From: Ignavibacteriota bacterium
Lineage (GTDB): Bacteria; Bacteroidota; Ignavibacteria; UBA10030
Reading direction: 5' to 3'
Length of the DNA: 64,000 nucleotides
Assembly (NCBI GenBank): GCA_963727825.1
Contig: CAVSHO010000009.1
Coordinates: forward strand, 480,001 to 544,000
Part shown: piece by piece, positions 11,211 to 23,288 of the stretch
Layout: each line of letters opens with the position of its first letter
How positions within the stretch are numbered: position 1 is the first letter of the stretch
The notes under the pieces: model-generated
What the model saw: only the letters and a program-made list of their open reading frames with translations
Database searches by the model: none
Told to the model about the DNA's origin: nothing
Made by a program: the position numbers and the translations under genes

Positions 11211-13780
11211 GATTTCTCCTTCAAATTTTTTAGCAAGGTGAAATAAAATGTCGCTCCTTTATCCAGCTCAGCATCAGCCCAGGTGCGCCCTTCGTGCCGT
11301 ATTATTATGCGGCGCACATTCGCAAGTCCGATACCGGTTCCTTCAAATTCTTCCATCGAATGCAGGCGCTGGAAAACTCCAAACAGTTTTTGCGCATACT
11401 GCATATCAAATCCTACTCCATTGTCGCGTACATAAAAAACGAATTCCTTTTCCTCTTCTTTGACTCCAATTTCTATCTTAGCGCTCTCTCTTGTGCGAGT
11501 GAACTTGACGGCATTGCTCAGCAGATTCATCCATACAAGCTTCAGCATTGAACTATCGCATAACACCGATGGTAATTTGTCGATAATCCATTCGATTGTA
11601 CGACCGGAATTATCCTGGCGCAGAGATACCATAACTTCTTCAAGTATCGTATTCATATCCGTCACCGACTGGCGCATCTCGGTGCGTCCGGTTCTGGAAA
11701 ATTGCAGCAGGTCGTCAATGAGCATGCCCATCTGATGCACGGAATCTGCAATAGAGCTAAGGTAATGCTGGCCTTTTTCCGAAAGATCAGCTTTACACCG
11801 TTTTAAAAGCAGGTCCACGTATCCGCTGGCATGTCTCAAGGGTGCACGTAAATCGTGGGAGACAGAATAAGAAAACGCTTCGAGTTCTTTATTTGCAGCT
11901 TCAAGCTGGGCTGTGCGTTTAATTACGCGGTCTTCAAGTTCTGCATTTAAATACCTGATCTCTTCTTCCGCCTGCTTGCGCTCGGTGATATCGGTAATAG
12001 TTCCAACATAACCAACGATTTTATTTTTACTGTTCATTTGCGGAATCGCTTGGCCTATCACCCATGCAATTGTTCCATCTTTACGAACAAATCGATAGTC
12101 TGATTCAGAGGGCTTTTGCGCCTGCGTTGCATTATTCCAGCCTTTACTTAGTCTTTCTCTATCTTCATTATGAACTGCAACAAGCCATCCGGTTCCCATT
12201 GCTTCCTCTTTCGACAACCCTGACATTTGGCACCACCGCGGGTTCACATATATGGTGGATCCTTCCGTATCTGTTTGGAAAATTCCAACGGGGGAATTTT
12301 CGGCAAGCACTTGAAATCGTTGCTCGCTTTCGCGCAGTGCTTCCTCCATTATTTTTTGTTCGGTAATATCTAAGAGTGAAGCGATGCTTCTTTTCGTGCC
12401 TGGTATAACATCGATGGTAAGCAAGATATTACGGATATTTCCATCTCTCGGGATAAACCTGAACTCATATTGCTTCAATGCAGTTTCTTGCTTTTCCCTC
12501 CTTAAGAGATGCTGGGCTTGCATCCGGTCAAGATCTTCCTTTACTACAAATTCTGTCCAGCTTTTCTTTCCTTCAATCTCCTGTTTTGAATACTGCGAAA
12601 GTTTTTCAAACTCTGCATTGGAAAGACTGATGGTAGTATTTTCTTCTATCAGAACGGAAGCGGTTCCGGTATTTTCAAAAACTGTCCTGTATAATTCTTC
12701 ACTTTCCCCAAGGGCTGTTAAAATGACTTCCTGTTTTCTTTGTTCCCCAATGATTACCCGGAATTTGACAATGAGATACATGAAAATAACATAAGCAGTA
12801 AACAATGCGATGGTTATCAATAAGAGCTTTATTCTAACACCTGCAAGGGAAGCGATGACCTCGTCTTCCGGTGTATCAACGACAATGGACCAGAATGTAT
12901 TGTCCAAAGGAATAGGCATAAAGACAGCATGTCTAAGAACATTTTCAGCGATTTGATTCCGAATTCTATTATAATGATAAGTTGTAACTCCTTGCTTCCC
13001 TTTAAGCATTTCATCAGCCATAGAAATGATTTCAGGAAAATCTTTGTAGAGATCATAAACACTTTTGCCGACGTGTTCGGTGACGGGGGAAGAAATTTCT
13101 ATGCCCTTTTCACTCACAACCCAGGCATATCCGCTTTCTCCAATATGGATATTTTCGATATATTTTTGTGCGATCTTATCGAACGATAAAAGGAATGCAA
13201 GCGTCCCATTATATGTGCCGTTTTTGAAAATCGGAACATGAACAGCTACTGTCCTAAAACCTTGAACAGCCATGAATACATCGCTGATAACGATTTTATG
13301 AGTTTTCATACTCAAGCGAATATGTTCTTGATCCGAAATATCTTTCCCGATTGATTCTATGTTAGGGACCGTATAGATGATTTTTCCATGTGCATCAATT
13401 CGTGTAACTCCTTTGATCTCATCGGGAGAAAGGTGCTGGTAGTTCATCATAACTTGCCTGCCTGCAGCATTGAGCTCGATGATTTCCGGAAAACGAGAGA
13501 GGAAATTCAGCGTATTGATGGTACTCTTCATATAGTCTTCAATCCCTGCTACAGCTTGTTGTGCATGGATCGTCTGACGTATATTCATATCCTGAATCAT
13601 TTGTTCTTTGATATTGGTGTAGACAGCATATAGTGTTACAACAAACAGAAGAAGAATACAGATGGATATGATGATAAGATATTTTCCGAATTTCATTTTG
13701 CTATTCCTAAATTGCAAATTGCTTTGTTTTTGCCATAACGCCCTCCAAAAAAATGACGCGCAAGCAAATCCTGACAGCAT
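11207..13780 (-). CDS. Membrane sensor histidine kinase, Cache + 2 PAS + HisKA/HATPase (start probably MKFGKY, near 13696)
   Basis: Two TM helices flank a Cache-like domain; H-box FSYSVSHDLRAPLR; DNGVGFD; FQRLH; GTGIGLA. Confidence 0.9.
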   Translation of the reverse strand: MLSGFACASFFWRALWQKQSNLQFRNSKMKFGKYLIIISICILLLFVVTLYAVYTNIKEQMIQDMNIRQTIHAQQAVAGIEDYMKSTINTLNFLSRFPEIIELNAAGRQVMMNYQHLSPDEIKGVTRIDAHGKIIYTVPNIESIGKDISDQEHIRLSMKTHKIVISDVFMAVQGFRTVAVHVPIFKNGTYNGTLAFLLSFDKIAQKYIENIHIGESGYAWVVSEKGIEISSPVTEHVGKSVYDLYKDFPEIISMADEMLKGKQGVTTYHYNRIRNQIAENVLRHAVFMPIPLDNTFWSIVVDTPEDEVIASLAGVRIKLLLITIALFTAYVIFMYLIVKFRVIIGEQRKQEVILTALGESEELYRTVFENTGTASVLIEENTTISLSNAEFEKLSQYSKQEIEGKKSWTEFVVKEDLDRMQAQHLLRREKQETALKQYEFRFIPRDGNIRNILLTIDVIPGTKRSIASLLDITEQKIMEEALRESEQRFQVLAENSPVGIFQTDTEGSTIYVNPRWCQMSGLSKEEAMGTGWLVAVHNEDRERLSKGWNNATQAQKPSESDYRFVRKDGTIAWVIGQAIPQMNSKNKIVGYVGTITDITERKQAEEEIRYLNAELEDRVIKRTAQLEAANKELEAFSYSVSHDLRAPLRHASGYVDLLLKRCKADLSEKGQHYLSSIADSVHQMGMLIDDLLQFSRTGRTEMRQSVTDMNTILEEVMVSLRQDNSGRTIEWIIDKLPSVLCDSSMLKLVWMNLLSNAVKFTRTRESAKIEIGVKEEEKEFVFYVRDNGVGFDMQYAQKLFGVFQRLHSMEEFEGTGIGLANVRRIIIRHEGRTWADAELDKGATFYFTLLKNLKEKS

Positions 13781-14041
13781 GGAAAAACTAAGTGATGCGA
13801 AGAAAAATAATTTGGAAAAGGAAATAGAATGCTATGCAGAGTTTGGAATTATCTTCTAAACACATACGGTTGGCAGAGAAATTGACCATCGACCAGTTAA
13901 AACTTATCCTCTTGTGCATACTCTTTTCTCCAATCCCTTATGGTATAGAGAGTCAAACACTCGTTACACAAGGGTAGCAAGTCTTTATAGTGAAAATCAA
14001 GGGACGCAGTTTCTTTCAATAGCTTCGCGAACCTGCGTTAC

Positions 14042-14069
14042 AAAAACGCCCGAACAGATGTTCAGGCGT
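14042..14069 (-). terminator. Intrinsic terminator downstream of uxaE
   Basis: Minus strand ACGCCTGAACA-TC-TGTTCGGGCGT followed by a T run. Confidence 0.6.
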
Positions 14070-14183
14070 AGTTGTTTCTGACAGTTTTAGAAAAATTTAT
14101 TAATAACTTGAGCCGGTCGAAATGCCGCACTTTCTTGTTTTACGTCATTCTACCCTGATCCAACAACTAAAGACAAATCTCTA

Positions 14184-15431
14184 TCATCCGATAAATAATG
14201 GTTTGAGATGCCGATTCAGAATATTGCCCGTGACTGAAGCACTGACAGAAGCTTCATTATTATCCAACGCCGAAGTGTATCGAGCACCCATTTCTGCAGC
14301 AATTTTGAATGCGATATGAAGCATCTGGCGCAGATGAATATTAAAAGTAGGATTTTTTTGATCGTGTTGAAGCGCAGATACAAACTGTTGAGAGGTCCAG
14401 CTACTCACTTCTGATGGCTGAGGTAATTTTGAATTATCAATTTCCACCACAGTTGCATAAGGTTTGATAAGTTCATCCATGCGAGGATATGCTTGGGCAT
14501 AAACATCTTTGGCAATCGCCAAACCATCACCACCAGCCGCCGCTAACCCGATCAATTCTTCAAGCCAAGTTGTTCCTGCTGTTTTAAGATGAAGTCCTGC
14601 GTTATGCTTCTTCAATACGCGATGTATATGAGGGTACAGCGAAAATTTATCACTTCCAGAATGGACACTTAACTTCAAATTCTTTTGAAGACTAAATACA
14701 TTTACAGCGTGAGCAATAACCAAAACATCTTCTTCAAATTCCTGTGCGAATGCAATAGGATTGCCTACATAATCAATTCCCTTCAAGAACTTGCCGGAAA
14801 ATTTCGGTGCGATTGTTTGCGCCGGAATTCCTTCCTGCGCGATAGCTGCAAGAATAAAGAACATCTCAACTGGAGTTTGCGGCGTATCTGTTTCATCCAT
14901 AGATACTTCGACAATAAATTCACCTTCTCCTTTATTCTTTCTAATGTGCTGATAAGTCTTTGCTGCCTCTTTAACCGCATAAAGATATTTCGCTCCTATT
15001 TTATGAAGCGAATCTTCCGTAACAGTAATATCTCGCTGGACTCCAGGAATATTCAGTTTGCCTTTATACTTTGCCAGTGTTTGTTCGAATGTATGAAGAT
15101 CTGCATCTGCCGGAGCTTTTCCGATAAAATCAGCAACATCTAAAGTAAAGAAATCCGCATGCGCCATAAATTTATCTACGTTGCCAAGGCCTATATGATC
15201 GGCATCAACGTGATATGCCCCCTTCCACCCCATTTCTTTCACTGCAGCATCCGCTTCACGACGGGTATCTTCCGGGTTTGTACCAATTATAGTGTGCTCG
15301 CGATTAGATTTATTCCAAACCGGAACCACATCTACTCCTAGCTCTTTTGCAATCAGGAATGCCTGCAATTGTGCATTTCCTTGGTGGCCAAAACGATCTC
15401 CGACACCTATCGAAAACTTCTCGAGTAACAT
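14184..15431 (-). CDS. uxaE: Tagaturonate/fructuronate epimerase
   Basis: SIGVGDRFG, SNREH, DADH, EVSMDET, KLSVHSGSDKF, HLKTAGTTWLEE. Confidence 0.88.
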   Translation of the reverse strand: MLLEKFSIGVGDRFGHQGNAQLQAFLIAKELGVDVVPVWNKSNREHTIIGTNPEDTRREADAAVKEMGWKGAYHVDADHIGLGNVDKFMAHADFFTLDVADFIGKAPADADLHTFEQTLAKYKGKLNIPGVQRDITVTEDSLHKIGAKYLYAVKEAAKTYQHIRKNKGEGEFIVEVSMDETDTPQTPVEMFFILAAIAQEGIPAQTIAPKFSGKFLKGIDYVGNPIAFAQEFEEDVLVIAHAVNVFSLQKNLKLSVHSGSDKFSLYPHIHRVLKKHNAGLHLKTAGTTWLEELIGLAAAGGDGLAIAKDVYAQAYPRMDELIKPYATVVEIDNSKLPQPSEVSSWTSQQFVSALQHDQKNPTFNIHLRQMLHIAFKIAAEMGARYTSALDNNEASVSASVTGNILNRHLKPLFIG

Positions 15432-15814
15432 TCGTATCTCCTTATATTCTGGACAATCTATCTTTCAAATTAAATTCCACTCATAACTGAGATAGAGTTT
15501 CTTTATTAAAATACTAATATTTCTAATATTTGCAAAATTGCTTACTATGATGTTTGCTAATTGACTTTTTTTGAAGCCTTTTACAGATTCAATCAGAGAT
15601 CCTACTAAGATACAATAGTTTGAGTAATATGACATTGAGGTCATCGTTGATCAAAACCAATTCATATTGCCATATCTCTTGAATTCCCATATTACCGTTC
15701 GTATATTGTTTTCATTTGATTTTGACATTCAACGATAAGCCTGCAAAATTTCTTACGTTATGTCATTTATCAATTGTCGCACCGAAAGCTGAAATAAAAA
15801 GAGGATAATTCAAA

Positions 15815-18386
15815 ATGTTTGAAAAGTTTATCTCGTTTCTTGCACCGCCAAACCTTGGTGATGAAGAAAAAAATCGCGTTGCAGAAATTCTCAATGTTAT
15901 TGCGCTTAGTATCCTTACAGGCTTTATAGTTCTTGTTCTTCAAAGAGCGATTGCCGGTCAGTATAAATTATTTCTTCAAATAATATCCGCCGGTGTACTG
16001 ATTATTATTTCTATTGTGCTCCTCAGGAAGGGCCATTTGCTATGGGCAGAAGGTCTGCTGCTATGGACGCTCTTGGGTTTCATTACATATCTGCTCTACA
16101 CATCGAATGGATTGCACAATATTGCTCTTCTTGGCATTCCCATCTGTCTGGTGTTTGCAGGAATTGCTCTCCGTGCAACATATTTTTACGCCTACACAAT
16201 TTTAGCAATTCTATCAGTAATCATTATAGGCTTTCTCGAAACCAATGGATTGCTTATAAATAGAGACATCACACAGACGACTTACTTCGACATTATCGAT
16301 ATTACCGTTATCCTTTGTGTGACAGCTGTGGCTGTGCGCATTCTTGCAGATAATCTTCTGCGAAGTATCAATAAAGCACGAACGAACGAAAAGGATATCC
16401 GACACAAAGTCATGGAATTAAAGGAATCTGAAGAAAAGTTCAGGACACTTACTGAAGAGTTACCGAATATGGTTTTTATTTATAAGGATGGAAAGATCAT
16501 ATATATAAATGAAAGATGTAAAGAGTTGATCAACTACACACGCGAAGAAATTTATGCGGCAGGATTCGACTTTCTATCGATTATTGTGCCAGAACATCGA
16601 GATGTGGTTATGCAAAAATTCTCCCTGCATAAAAGTGGAATCGAAGTAGAGCCGTATGAGTGTACGTTTATTGGAAAAGGAAATCAGATAATCGAATGCC
16701 TTCAAATGTCGAAGGTGATCCATTATGAAGGGGAGCCAGCAATACTTGGTATTGTTGCAGATTTGACGGAATTTAAGCGCGCCCAAAATGCTATTCGTGA
16801 AAGTCAAAGCCGGCTTTCTTGCATCATCACATCGGCGATGGAAAGTATCATTACATTAGATGAACACAGGCGCATCCAATCGTTTAACCCTGCATCGGAG
16901 CAAATGTTCCGCTGCTCAGAAGCAGAAGCAATAGGACAATCAATCGATCGTTTCATTGCTCTTCCAAATAGCGATAAGAATCAAAACAACAGCAATATGC
17001 ATGAATTGCATTCGATTGTCAGCATATTAGAAGGCAGTATGAGAGCGATCAATGGTATTCGTACAAATGGTGAAGTTTTTCCTGTTGAAGCATCCATCGC
17101 AAAAGTTAACGCTGGAAATGAAGAGCTTTACACGATTATCCTCCGCGATATCACCGAACGATTAAAGTCAGAAGAGGCACAAAGAAACTTGCAGGCACAG
17201 CTATTGCAGTCACAAAAAATGGAAGCAGTCGGCTCTCTTGCCGGAGGTATTGCACATGATTTTAACAATATTCTTTCTGTCATCATTGGCAACGCCGAGC
17301 TAATAAAACTGAAAGTGACTCCAAAACACCGTGCAATGAAACACATCGAAGAAGTAATCAGCGCGTCGGATCGAGCGCAAGAACTTGTTCAACAAATTCT
17401 CGCTTTCAGCAGGAAACAGGATACACAATTCCGGCCTGTACGTCTGCATTACATCTTACGAGAGGGAATGAAGCTTCTCCGGGCATCGCTTCCTGCGACG
17501 ATTGAGATCAAGGTGGATTTACCGATAAATGGCCCGCTCATCTTAGGCGATGCGACACAAATACACCAAGTGATCATGAATCTTTGCACTAATGCCGCTC
17601 AAGCAATGGAAGGAATGGACGGCAAACTTTTCTTGCGCCAGAAGAATGTAGAGTTTGACGACCGTGCAATTCTATATCATCCTGATCTGAAAAAGGGCCT
17701 CTATGCAATGTTTACAGTTCAGGATACTGGACTCGGCATGGATGGATTCACTCTGAAACGTATTTTCGAACCGTTCTTTACAACAAAAGCTCCGGGCAAA
17801 GGAACAGGATTGGGATTGGCAATTGTGCATGCCATTATTAAAAATCATGGCGGTGCAATCAAAGTTCAAAGTCAAGTTGGAAAAGGCACGCAAGTGGACG
17901 TCTACCTTCCTGTGTATGAGGGCGAAGAGGAGTATGTGAAATACTGATAAAACAAAAGAAAGTCTCGGAAGTGCCGAACGTATTATGATCGTTGACGATG
18001 AAGAGCAATTGCTAAAAACGCTGACAGAAACATTAAAAGGGCTGGGATATCAGGCTTTTCCCTTCAGCAAGGCAACAGAAGCGCTGCATGCATTCGAGGA
18101 AAACCCGGCCGGATTCGATCTCATCATTACAGATCAGACGATGCCGCATATGACCGGTATCTTTTTCGCCGGTAAAATCAGGCAGGTACGCAACAATCTG
18201 CCGATCATTTTAATGACCGGATATGATCAATTAGAAGATCCTAAAAAACTCGAATCTCTCGGCATACAGACAGTTTTACTCAAACCGTTTAGAAAAGTTG
18301 TTCTTGGAGAAACAATAAGGAAAATATTGGAAAAAAAAGAAGTACCTAAATCGTTCGATCACACGGTAAAGAAAGCAAAGTATTGA
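15815..18386 (+). CDS. Membrane PAS hybrid histidine kinase with C-terminal REC, probably one gene of about 856 aa split by a +1 frameshift near 17940
   Basis: ORF 15815..17947 has TM helices, 2 [15 protein letters not shown] and GTGLGL. The frame of ORF 17985..18386 stays open upstream as the linker [21 protein letters not shown]. Confidence 0.82.
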
Positions 18387-18459
18387 AAAGAAGAAATCTA
18401 TTTTCGCTTCCTTCTTTTTAGTCTCATGATAATTACTGCATTATCTCCTGATGCAAAAC

Positions 18460-19569
18460 CTACAACCCTGAAAGAAGTTTGATCTGTTCGTACCTCTTTA
18501 TTTTACCGCGAACTGTAGCAAGAAGATTTTCACGATGAATCGGCTTAACTAGAAAGTCATCGACTCCGATTTCTTTACCGGCTCGCATAAGAACGGCATC
18601 GTCTAATCCTGTGATAAACACAAAAGGAACCTGTTGCAGGTGACGCAGTTCTCTGGTTTTTTCAAAAAATAAAAAACCGTTCATTGTTGAAGTTTCTAGA
18701 CTGATGTCGCATAGAATTAAGTCAACGCTTTCTTTTTTCAAAAATTCGTACGCATCATCTGACGTACTGAAGCCTGCCACGTTGTACTTTGCCTGAACAA
18801 GTGTTTCCTTCATTAAGGGAAGTATCTGTTCGTCATCATCAATCACAGCGATCTTCCACTTTTTTACCTTCTTCTCTTTAAAGGCAATAAGGTTAGCGTC
18901 GATTACGACCTGCTCAGAATTGGATACATCAAAACTTTTACGAAGCTCGGCAAGACTTTCTTTCACCTCTATCTGCGATGCATGTTGCAAGAGATGCTTT
19001 AATAAAAAAATATAACATTCTAATTTTGCTTGTCTATCTAAGGCTTCATGTTCTTCTACAGTAATATTAAATGATTGTCTGAGGTCTTGAAGTTCGCGCA
19101 CTTCTTCTTCTGTTTTTTGACCATCAGACCACACAAGCAGAAGTGCTTGTTTGTAGGTTTCTATTGCTTCCCTAGAAGCCCCTTTAACTTTTGCAGGTTC
19201 AGTTGAATCAGTAGAACGCAGACCAGCTTTCTTGAACTCTTCGTACAGCGCCGGGACTTTTATTCCATTGATGCTTTCGCGATCAGTTAGAATGTGTTCA
19301 TTCAGATTGTACGGTGTCAGCACTTTCCCTGACACATCGGCGTCTTTTACGCTCGCAGGAGGAACTGTTTTATTTCGTTGCTGCTGAATAAAAAGTTCTT
19401 GAATGCGTTCTTCGTAGGCAAATGCATATAAATTTTTCGGATCTAATTCACGAGCTTTTTTTACTTCTTGAAGCGCCTTTTCTAGATTATTCGATTTTAC
19501 AAGTTGATCGACATGCTTTAGGATTTCTCTGGACGATTTCGTGATTTCAGGTATCCGTGTCGATTCCAA
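18460..19569 (-). CDS. Response regulator with C-terminal REC and helical TPR-like/TerB-like N-terminal regions
   Basis: IAVIDDD, LILCDI, FVFITG, DDFLVKP; N-terminal ALQEVKKARELDPKN. Confidence 0.8.
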   Translation of the reverse strand: MESTRIPEITKSSREILKHVDQLVKSNNLEKALQEVKKARELDPKNLYAFAYEERIQELFIQQQRNKTVPPASVKDADVSGKVLTPYNLNEHILTDRESINGIKVPALYEEFKKAGLRSTDSTEPAKVKGASREAIETYKQALLLVWSDGQKTEEEVRELQDLRQSFNITVEEHEALDRQAKLECYIFLLKHLLQHASQIEVKESLAELRKSFDVSNSEQVVIDANLIAFKEKKVKKWKIAVIDDDEQILPLMKETLVQAKYNVAGFSTSDDAYEFLKKESVDLILCDISLETSTMNGFLFFEKTRELRHLQQVPFVFITGLDDAVLMRAGKEIGVDDFLVKPIHRENLLATVRGKIKRYEQIKLLSGL

Positions 19570-19678
19570 TTAATTATCTCCTTTATGTAGTCACAAGTAT
19601 TCTTGCTATTCCTAAAAAATACAGAAATCCGTTTTTATGAAACATAACGAATTATGAAAGGCAATTAAAAGATATATA

Positions 19679-19705
19679 ACGAGTTATCGCTGTGCGACAA
19701 CTCGT
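19679..19705 (-). terminator. Hairpin downstream of cstA, probable terminator
   Basis: Minus strand ACGAGTTGTCGC-ACA-GCGATAACTCGT followed by TATATATCTTTT. Confidence 0.5.
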
Positions 19706-19835
19706 CACGCTACTCTATTACAGTAGAAGGTAGGAATGTCTTTCGAGAAACGCAATTTGAAAATTTATTTATTTCAATTGCAAATTGACTATCTGGTTCC
19801 GTTTGTACTTTTAAAGCATTTTGCTAAAACAGTTT

Positions 19836-21659
19836 TTATTCGCTACTTATAATTTCTTTCCTGCCGCGAATAACAGCAACCCATTTAGGTATCGCATCTA
19901 CAATCACAATTATAACACTTCCCATAATCAACACCGTGAGAAGAAGATTGATGAATCCCTGCAATTGTGTCTTTGCTATAAGCACCATCGGAATGAATAA
20001 GTTCATAATGTTCATTGCCCCGGCAACTAGAGTAGTTAGCGTGACGAAGATAAGCGGTACAATCGTAACCCATGCGTAACGCGCCTTACCGCGATTTATG
20101 ATGAATGATGTGCCAACCGTAAGTGCGATTGCGGCAAGCAGTTGGTTAGCCGTTCCGAACATCGGCCAGATGGAAAAAACACTGCCGGTGTATATAAAGT
20201 ATGCCCACGCAACAACGATCATAAAACTTGCGCACAAATTGCCTGGCAGCCAATCAGTTCGTCCAAAAGGTTTATAGACTTTCCCCAACATCTCTTGTAG
20301 TACGAATCTACCGATTCGTGTGCCGGCATCAATCGTTGTAAGGATGAAAAGCGCCTCAAACATGATAGCGAAATGATACCAATAGGACATTAATTTGGTT
20401 AATCCGGGAATATTGGAAAATATTTGCGCCATACCAACTGCAAGTGACACAGCGCCGCCTGTTCTACCGATAATCTTTTCTCCCACTTCCGCCGAAAGTT
20501 GAGTGATATTTGAATCCATAAACCCCATTGCGTGAAGCTGCGGAAGAACAGATTGAAGTCTTTCTACCGGAACATTAATCAGAAAATAATCGAGCGGCAA
20601 TAAACTCGCTGCCGCAATAAGAGCCAGTACACTGACAATACCTTCGGCAAGCATCGCACCAACTGCGATAAATTTGATCTGCGATTCTTTCATCAACATT
20701 TTTGGCGTTGTGCCGGAACTTACAAGCGAATGAAATCCGGAAACGGCCCCGCATGCAATCGTTATGAACAAATATGGGAATAATGTTCCGGGAATAATCG
20801 GTCCACCGCCATGCACATACATTGTAAATGCGGGCATCTTCAGCGTTGGTGCAACAATAATTATTCCAAGGGCTAGAAGTCCAATAACGGCTAATTTCAT
20901 TATTGAACTCAGATAGTCGCGTGGCGACAAAAGCAGCCATACCGGCAATACAGAAGCACAGAAACCATAAATCGCTAACAGAATTGTCAATGAACTATGA
21001 TCAAACATGAACCATGTGGCAATAGATGAATCTGGAATATAGCGACCGTATATAACTGCGAGTGTTAATAAAATTATTCCGCCGATTGTTGCCTCCGCAA
21101 CTTTTCCCTTTCGCAATTGAAACATCCATATGCCCATAAGAAGCGCTATTGGAATCGTTGCCGCAATAGTGAATGTGCCCCACGCACTTTCAGAAAGCGA
21201 GTTCACAACTACCAAACCAAGTCCCGCCATTGCAACAACAAGGATGATCAGGATTGCAATCGATGCTGTCATTCCACTGAGTCTGCTGATTTCCACTTTG
21301 GCAATCTCTGCCAAAGATTTTGCATCGTGCCGAATCGATGCAACAAGAATAACAAAATCATGAACCGCACCCGCCATCACCGCGCCAATCACCATCCATA
21401 AAAAACCGGGGAAGTACCCAAATTGCACCGCAAGTACCGGACCAACAAGCGGGCCCGCACCGGCAATCGCCGCGAAATGGTGGCCGAAGAGTACCCATTT
21501 GTTCATGGGATAATAATTTTGACCATCGTACAATCGGCTAGATGGCAGAACATTGGTATCATTCACTACGGCAACTTTTGCTGCTATGAAACTAAAATAA
21601 AAACGATACGCAAGCGCAAAGAAGGCTAACGCCGTAATAAGCAATGGCATAGCATTCAT
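19836..21659 (-). CDS. cstA: Carbon starvation protein A family peptide/pyruvate transporter
   Basis: [65 protein letters not shown]. Confidence 0.95.
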   Translation of the reverse strand: MNAMPLLITALAFFALAYRFYFSFIAAKVAVVNDTNVLPSSRLYDGQNYYPMNKWVLFGHHFAAIAGAGPLVGPVLAVQFGYFPGFLWMVIGAVMAGAVHDFVILVASIRHDAKSLAEIAKVEISRLSGMTASIAILIILVVAMAGLGLVVVNSLSESAWGTFTIAATIPIALLMGIWMFQLRKGKVAEATIGGIILLTLAVIYGRYIPDSSIATWFMFDHSSLTILLAIYGFCASVLPVWLLLSPRDYLSSIMKLAVIGLLALGIIIVAPTLKMPAFTMYVHGGGPIIPGTLFPYLFITIACGAVSGFHSLVSSGTTPKMLMKESQIKFIAVGAMLAEGIVSVLALIAAASLLPLDYFLINVPVERLQSVLPQLHAMGFMDSNITQLSAEVGEKIIGRTGGAVSLAVGMAQIFSNIPGLTKLMSYWYHFAIMFEALFILTTIDAGTRIGRFVLQEMLGKVYKPFGRTDWLPGNLCASFMIVVAWAYFIYTGSVFSIWPMFGTANQLLAAIALTVGTSFIINRGKARYAWVTIVPLIFVTLTTLVAGAMNIMNLFIPMVLIAKTQLQGFINLLLTVLIMGSVIIVIVDAIPKWVAVIRGRKEIISSE

Positions 21660-21707
21660 TGTAACTCCAGAATCGGATTATCGATGAAAGCAGATTCAGA
21701 AAACATT

Positions 21708-23288
21708 TTATTTGGATCTATGCTGCAATATGGATTTGCCGAGTTTCTTCGCACGAGTAAAATACGAAGTGACCGGTTTCTCAAAAATAAATTGCGGTTG
21801 TAGTTTGTTCTCATATCGGGCAAAGCTCAAATACTTATAAGCATCGGACACTCTTTCCAACTTTTCTGCTATCTTTTTTATATCTATTCTTTTTAGGACA
21901 TCTATTGTAACAGCTCGCTTTGAATCGAAAAATATCAATGAACGAATAAATTTCTGCGCCACCTCAGAGTTGAGTAATTCAGCTATGAATTGCGCTTCAG
22001 CCTTAGTGCGACATGGAACAAAATAACAAGTATCATCTAAAACAATCGGCTTTCCATCGAAACTTCCAATAACAGTGAAATGAATGTTTCGGTATAGTGC
22101 CGAGATGGCAACCTTCCATGGAGCAAAGGAGTATTCTCCAACTCCAAATATCGCAAATCGTGAACGCTTTTCGTAAATCATGCTTTTGCGATTATCGAGA
22201 ATTTTGGAATGATTAAGCAAGTATTTCCATGTGAGCGGTGCTTGCTGACGAATTATTGCTGTATCTTCTCCAACTTCATGTTGAGTGACTATGACATGTT
22301 TTGAAGGAATTATCCGTTCATTAGCTATATCGGATGATTTGAGAAGAGGATAGATAGATGTGTTTTCAATATTTACTTGTTCCCCAAGCCCATTCCAATA
22401 ATATCCGTCCTTAATCTTTAACTCCATTACGGCGGAGGCATCGTGCTTTATTCCGGATCGCCATCGATAATATTCAAGTCCTTCAATTTCCTTAACCTCG
22501 GTGTAGCAATCGATGTCCGCAATCATTTCTCCATCAATTATTCCAAAATTAGAAACTTGCTTTTTAAAATTTAGACCTTGAAAAATAGTCGCTTTCGGTA
22601 AAGTCGTCTGTGAACCAGTCTCTACTATCAACAGGCAGGCTTCAACCGATACGCCGAAGAATTCTGCTGAATCGAATAAGTGAATTGATGCATGTTTAAC
22701 TTTAAGATGAGTATGCCAAGCGTGATGTAAAACTTTCCGTGCTGTCGCAGCTTTACACAACATAGCGATGTATGCCTGCTTATCGTTCAACGCTTCAATC
22801 AGCTTAATGAGTATCCATTCAGAAATGTCAAAGTTTGCTTTGCCTGTTTTTGCAGCAAATCCACGGTGTTTTTGAAAATTGCTTTTTACAGGAAGGTTGT
22901 TACTCGATAAAAGACTTAGTTTTGAATTGTTCACCCAGGGTGGATTTCCTAATACAAGAATATTATCCGGTAAATCGGAAAAAAACTTTTTCCAGTTGTA
23001 ATAAAAGAAATCAACATGTTCCACATTACAATTGCCTTTGGCAATATTTGCAATTCGTAACTTTACCTGTTTAACATATTCAGGGTTGACATCAAACGCA
23101 AAATGAAAAGTGGTGGATGGAAAGGAGCGAAGTGCGGCTTCAACAAAACTCCCAGTTCCACAAGTCGGTTCAACGACAATTGCAGGTTTAATTCTTAGGC
23201 TTTTAAGCAGGGCAATGACAATATCTGCAAGATCATCGGGAGTTTGGAAATCACCAAACTCTATCTTTTTGCGTCTCTCCACGTTCAC
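21708..23288 (-). CDS. Amino-DNA methyltransferase (N6-adenine type, gamma motif order) of a type II R-M pair
   Basis: EFGDFQTP, motif I VVEPTCGTGSF, motif IV LGNPPW; 4-bp overlap with the upstream endonuclease. Confidence 0.88.
   Translation of the reverse strand: MNVERRKKIEFGDFQTPDDLADIVIALLKSLRIKPAIVVEPTCGTGSFVEAALRSFPSTTFHFAFDVNPEYVKQVKLRIANIAKGNCNVEHVDFFYYNWKKFFSDLPDNILVLGNPPWVNNSKLSLLSSNNLPVKSNFQKHRGFAAKTGKANFDISEWILIKLIEALNDKQAYIAMLCKAATARKVLHHAWHTHLKVKHASIHLFDSAEFFGVSVEACLLIVETGSQTTLPKATIFQGLNFKKQVSNFGIIDGEMIADIDCYTEVKEIEGLEYYRWRSGIKHDASAVMELKIKDGYYWNGLGEQVNIENTSIYPLLKSSDIANERIIPSKHVIVTQHEVGEDTAIIRQQAPLTWKYLLNHSKILDNRKSMIYEKRSRFAIFGVGEYSFAPWKVAISALYRNIHFTVIGSFDGKPIVLDDTCYFVPCRTKAEAQFIAELLNSEVAQKFIRSLIFFDSKRAVTIDVLKRIDIKKIAEKLERVSDAYKYLSFARYENKLQPQFIFEKPVTSYFTRAKKLGKSILQHRSK

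Noticed and set aside
7279-12370. Recurring DNA motif resembling CCGCTTGCGCTCGGTGAT at intervals of roughly 350-420 bp
   Set aside because: It encodes the conserved [13 protein letters not shown]-linker peptide inside kinases; not a CRISPR or non-coding repeat array
17985-18386. Stand-alone response regulator
   Set aside because: It starts mid-strand at MIVDDE, and its frame extends upstream as a typical kinase-REC linker; more likely the end of the preceding kinase
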